Positions 62,851 through 64,000 of a stretch of DNA of 64,000 nt are shown in pieces. Source of the stretch: Raja brachyura. Its lineage: Eukaryota. The stretch covers positions 38,192,001-38,256,000 of the forward strand of contig OY740788.1 of NCBI GenBank assembly GCA_963514005.1, in the 5' to 3' direction. A model generated the notes under the pieces. That model worked only from the letters and a program-made list of their open reading frames with translations, had not been told where the DNA came from and did not search any database. The stretch's first letter is position 1. Every line of letters starts with the position of its first letter. Both the position numbers and the translations under genes were made by a program.

Positions 62851-64000
62851 ATTCAAGTGTTGACAGTAAGAGGCTTATTTTCAGTAATAGATTTTACATT
62901 TGATAATGGCATTTTCTCATTCTTCTTTGCCAATGGGAACATTTGCAATGATGCATTAGAAGTATTTTTATGTTCCCTGTTGGTTTGTGTTTTTACTGAA
63001 AATAGATAAATACAAGTTGCTACATTTATATTTCAGTTACCAGAAACTGACACTGGTGTTATAATAAGCAGTGGATATGCACTACCATGTAGTAGTGGGC
63101 AGAACAATACAGGTTCAGATCTACTCATCACAGCAATAGGTTGAAAGGTGTGTAGGAAGGCTAAGTATTTCTGGAGGAGGAAAACAAAAGTGTCTCTCCC
63201 AGGATGTTGCAGGGTCTTCATTGCTAAGAAAGAATGGTTGCCTGCAAACGAGAAGTTGACCTTAGACAGACACAAAATGCTACAGTAACTCAGCGGGTCA
63301 GGCAGCATCTCTGGAGAAAAAGAATAGAAGATGTTTCAGGTCGAGAAGTCTGAAGTCTAAAGAAGGGTCTCAATCCGAAATGTCACCTATGCTTTTTCTC
63401 CAGAAATACTGCCTGCCGCTGAGTTACTTCAGCTTTTAGCATTTGTCCTCAGTTTAAACCGGCATCTGCAGTACCCCCCTCCACATGAGATTGGCCATGT
63501 TCTCTCAGGATGATTATGTTTAAACAAGGAAAGAACCAAGTTGGTGCCAACTATCAAGTACCCAGTTTACATCAATCTTACCCTAACCCACTTGATCCTT
63601 CCCACATTTTTGCCAACTCAGATTCTACCACGCCTCTACACATAAAGGTCATTTACTGTACCCAATTAGCCAACCAACCTAGCATTATTTTTGGATGTGT
63701 CAAGAGTGTTTTATTGTTGTATGTCGCAGACAGAACAATGAAATTCTTACTTGCAGCAGCACAACCGAATATAGAAACGCAGTACTCTATGAACAATATA
63801 ATAAATAAGAAAAAATGTTCAGTGCAGTATGTATATATATTGAACTTTTTTTTCCATCGAACTTCTTTTCTCATATAAAATCAACAAACAAATAATAATA
63901 GTGCAAAAAGACAAAACCAATGCCAATTGGAAACTATAGCAACTGAATAGAAACAACACATTAACACGGAGAATGTGCAAACTCCACACGGACAGTACCA

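Overview
This is vertebrate DNA, most likely from a cartilaginous fish such as a skate or ray; that inference rests on HE1/V-SINEs and shark-type CR1 and Penelope repeats. The only host gene is a complete 4-exon HLX homeobox gene on the minus strand (CDS 14437->11714, 379 aa), set in a CpG-rich, repeat-poor domain. The rest is gene desert filled with mobile DNA: CR1 and Rex1 LINE fragments, HE1 SINEs, many Penelope-like pLTR fragments with hammerhead-ribozyme cores, two head-to-tail DIRS elements, Harbinger- and Tigger-like MITEs, and tandem Helitrons holding a 2.1-kb pyrimidine tract. Two observations stand out. (1) Two independent insertions of a non-autonomous Gypsy-type LTR element (161-bp LTRs, tRNA-Ser PBS, PPT, 5-bp TSD) lack pol and carry about 1 kb of ASPM-like IQ repeats fused in frame to the gag N-terminus. 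(2) A ~140-bp SINE-like element (3 copies, two with TSDs and a (GAA)n tail) begins with 54 nt that fold as a minimal HDV-like ribozyme. All family assignments come from reading motifs by eye; no database search was run, and boundaries of decayed repeats are approximate.
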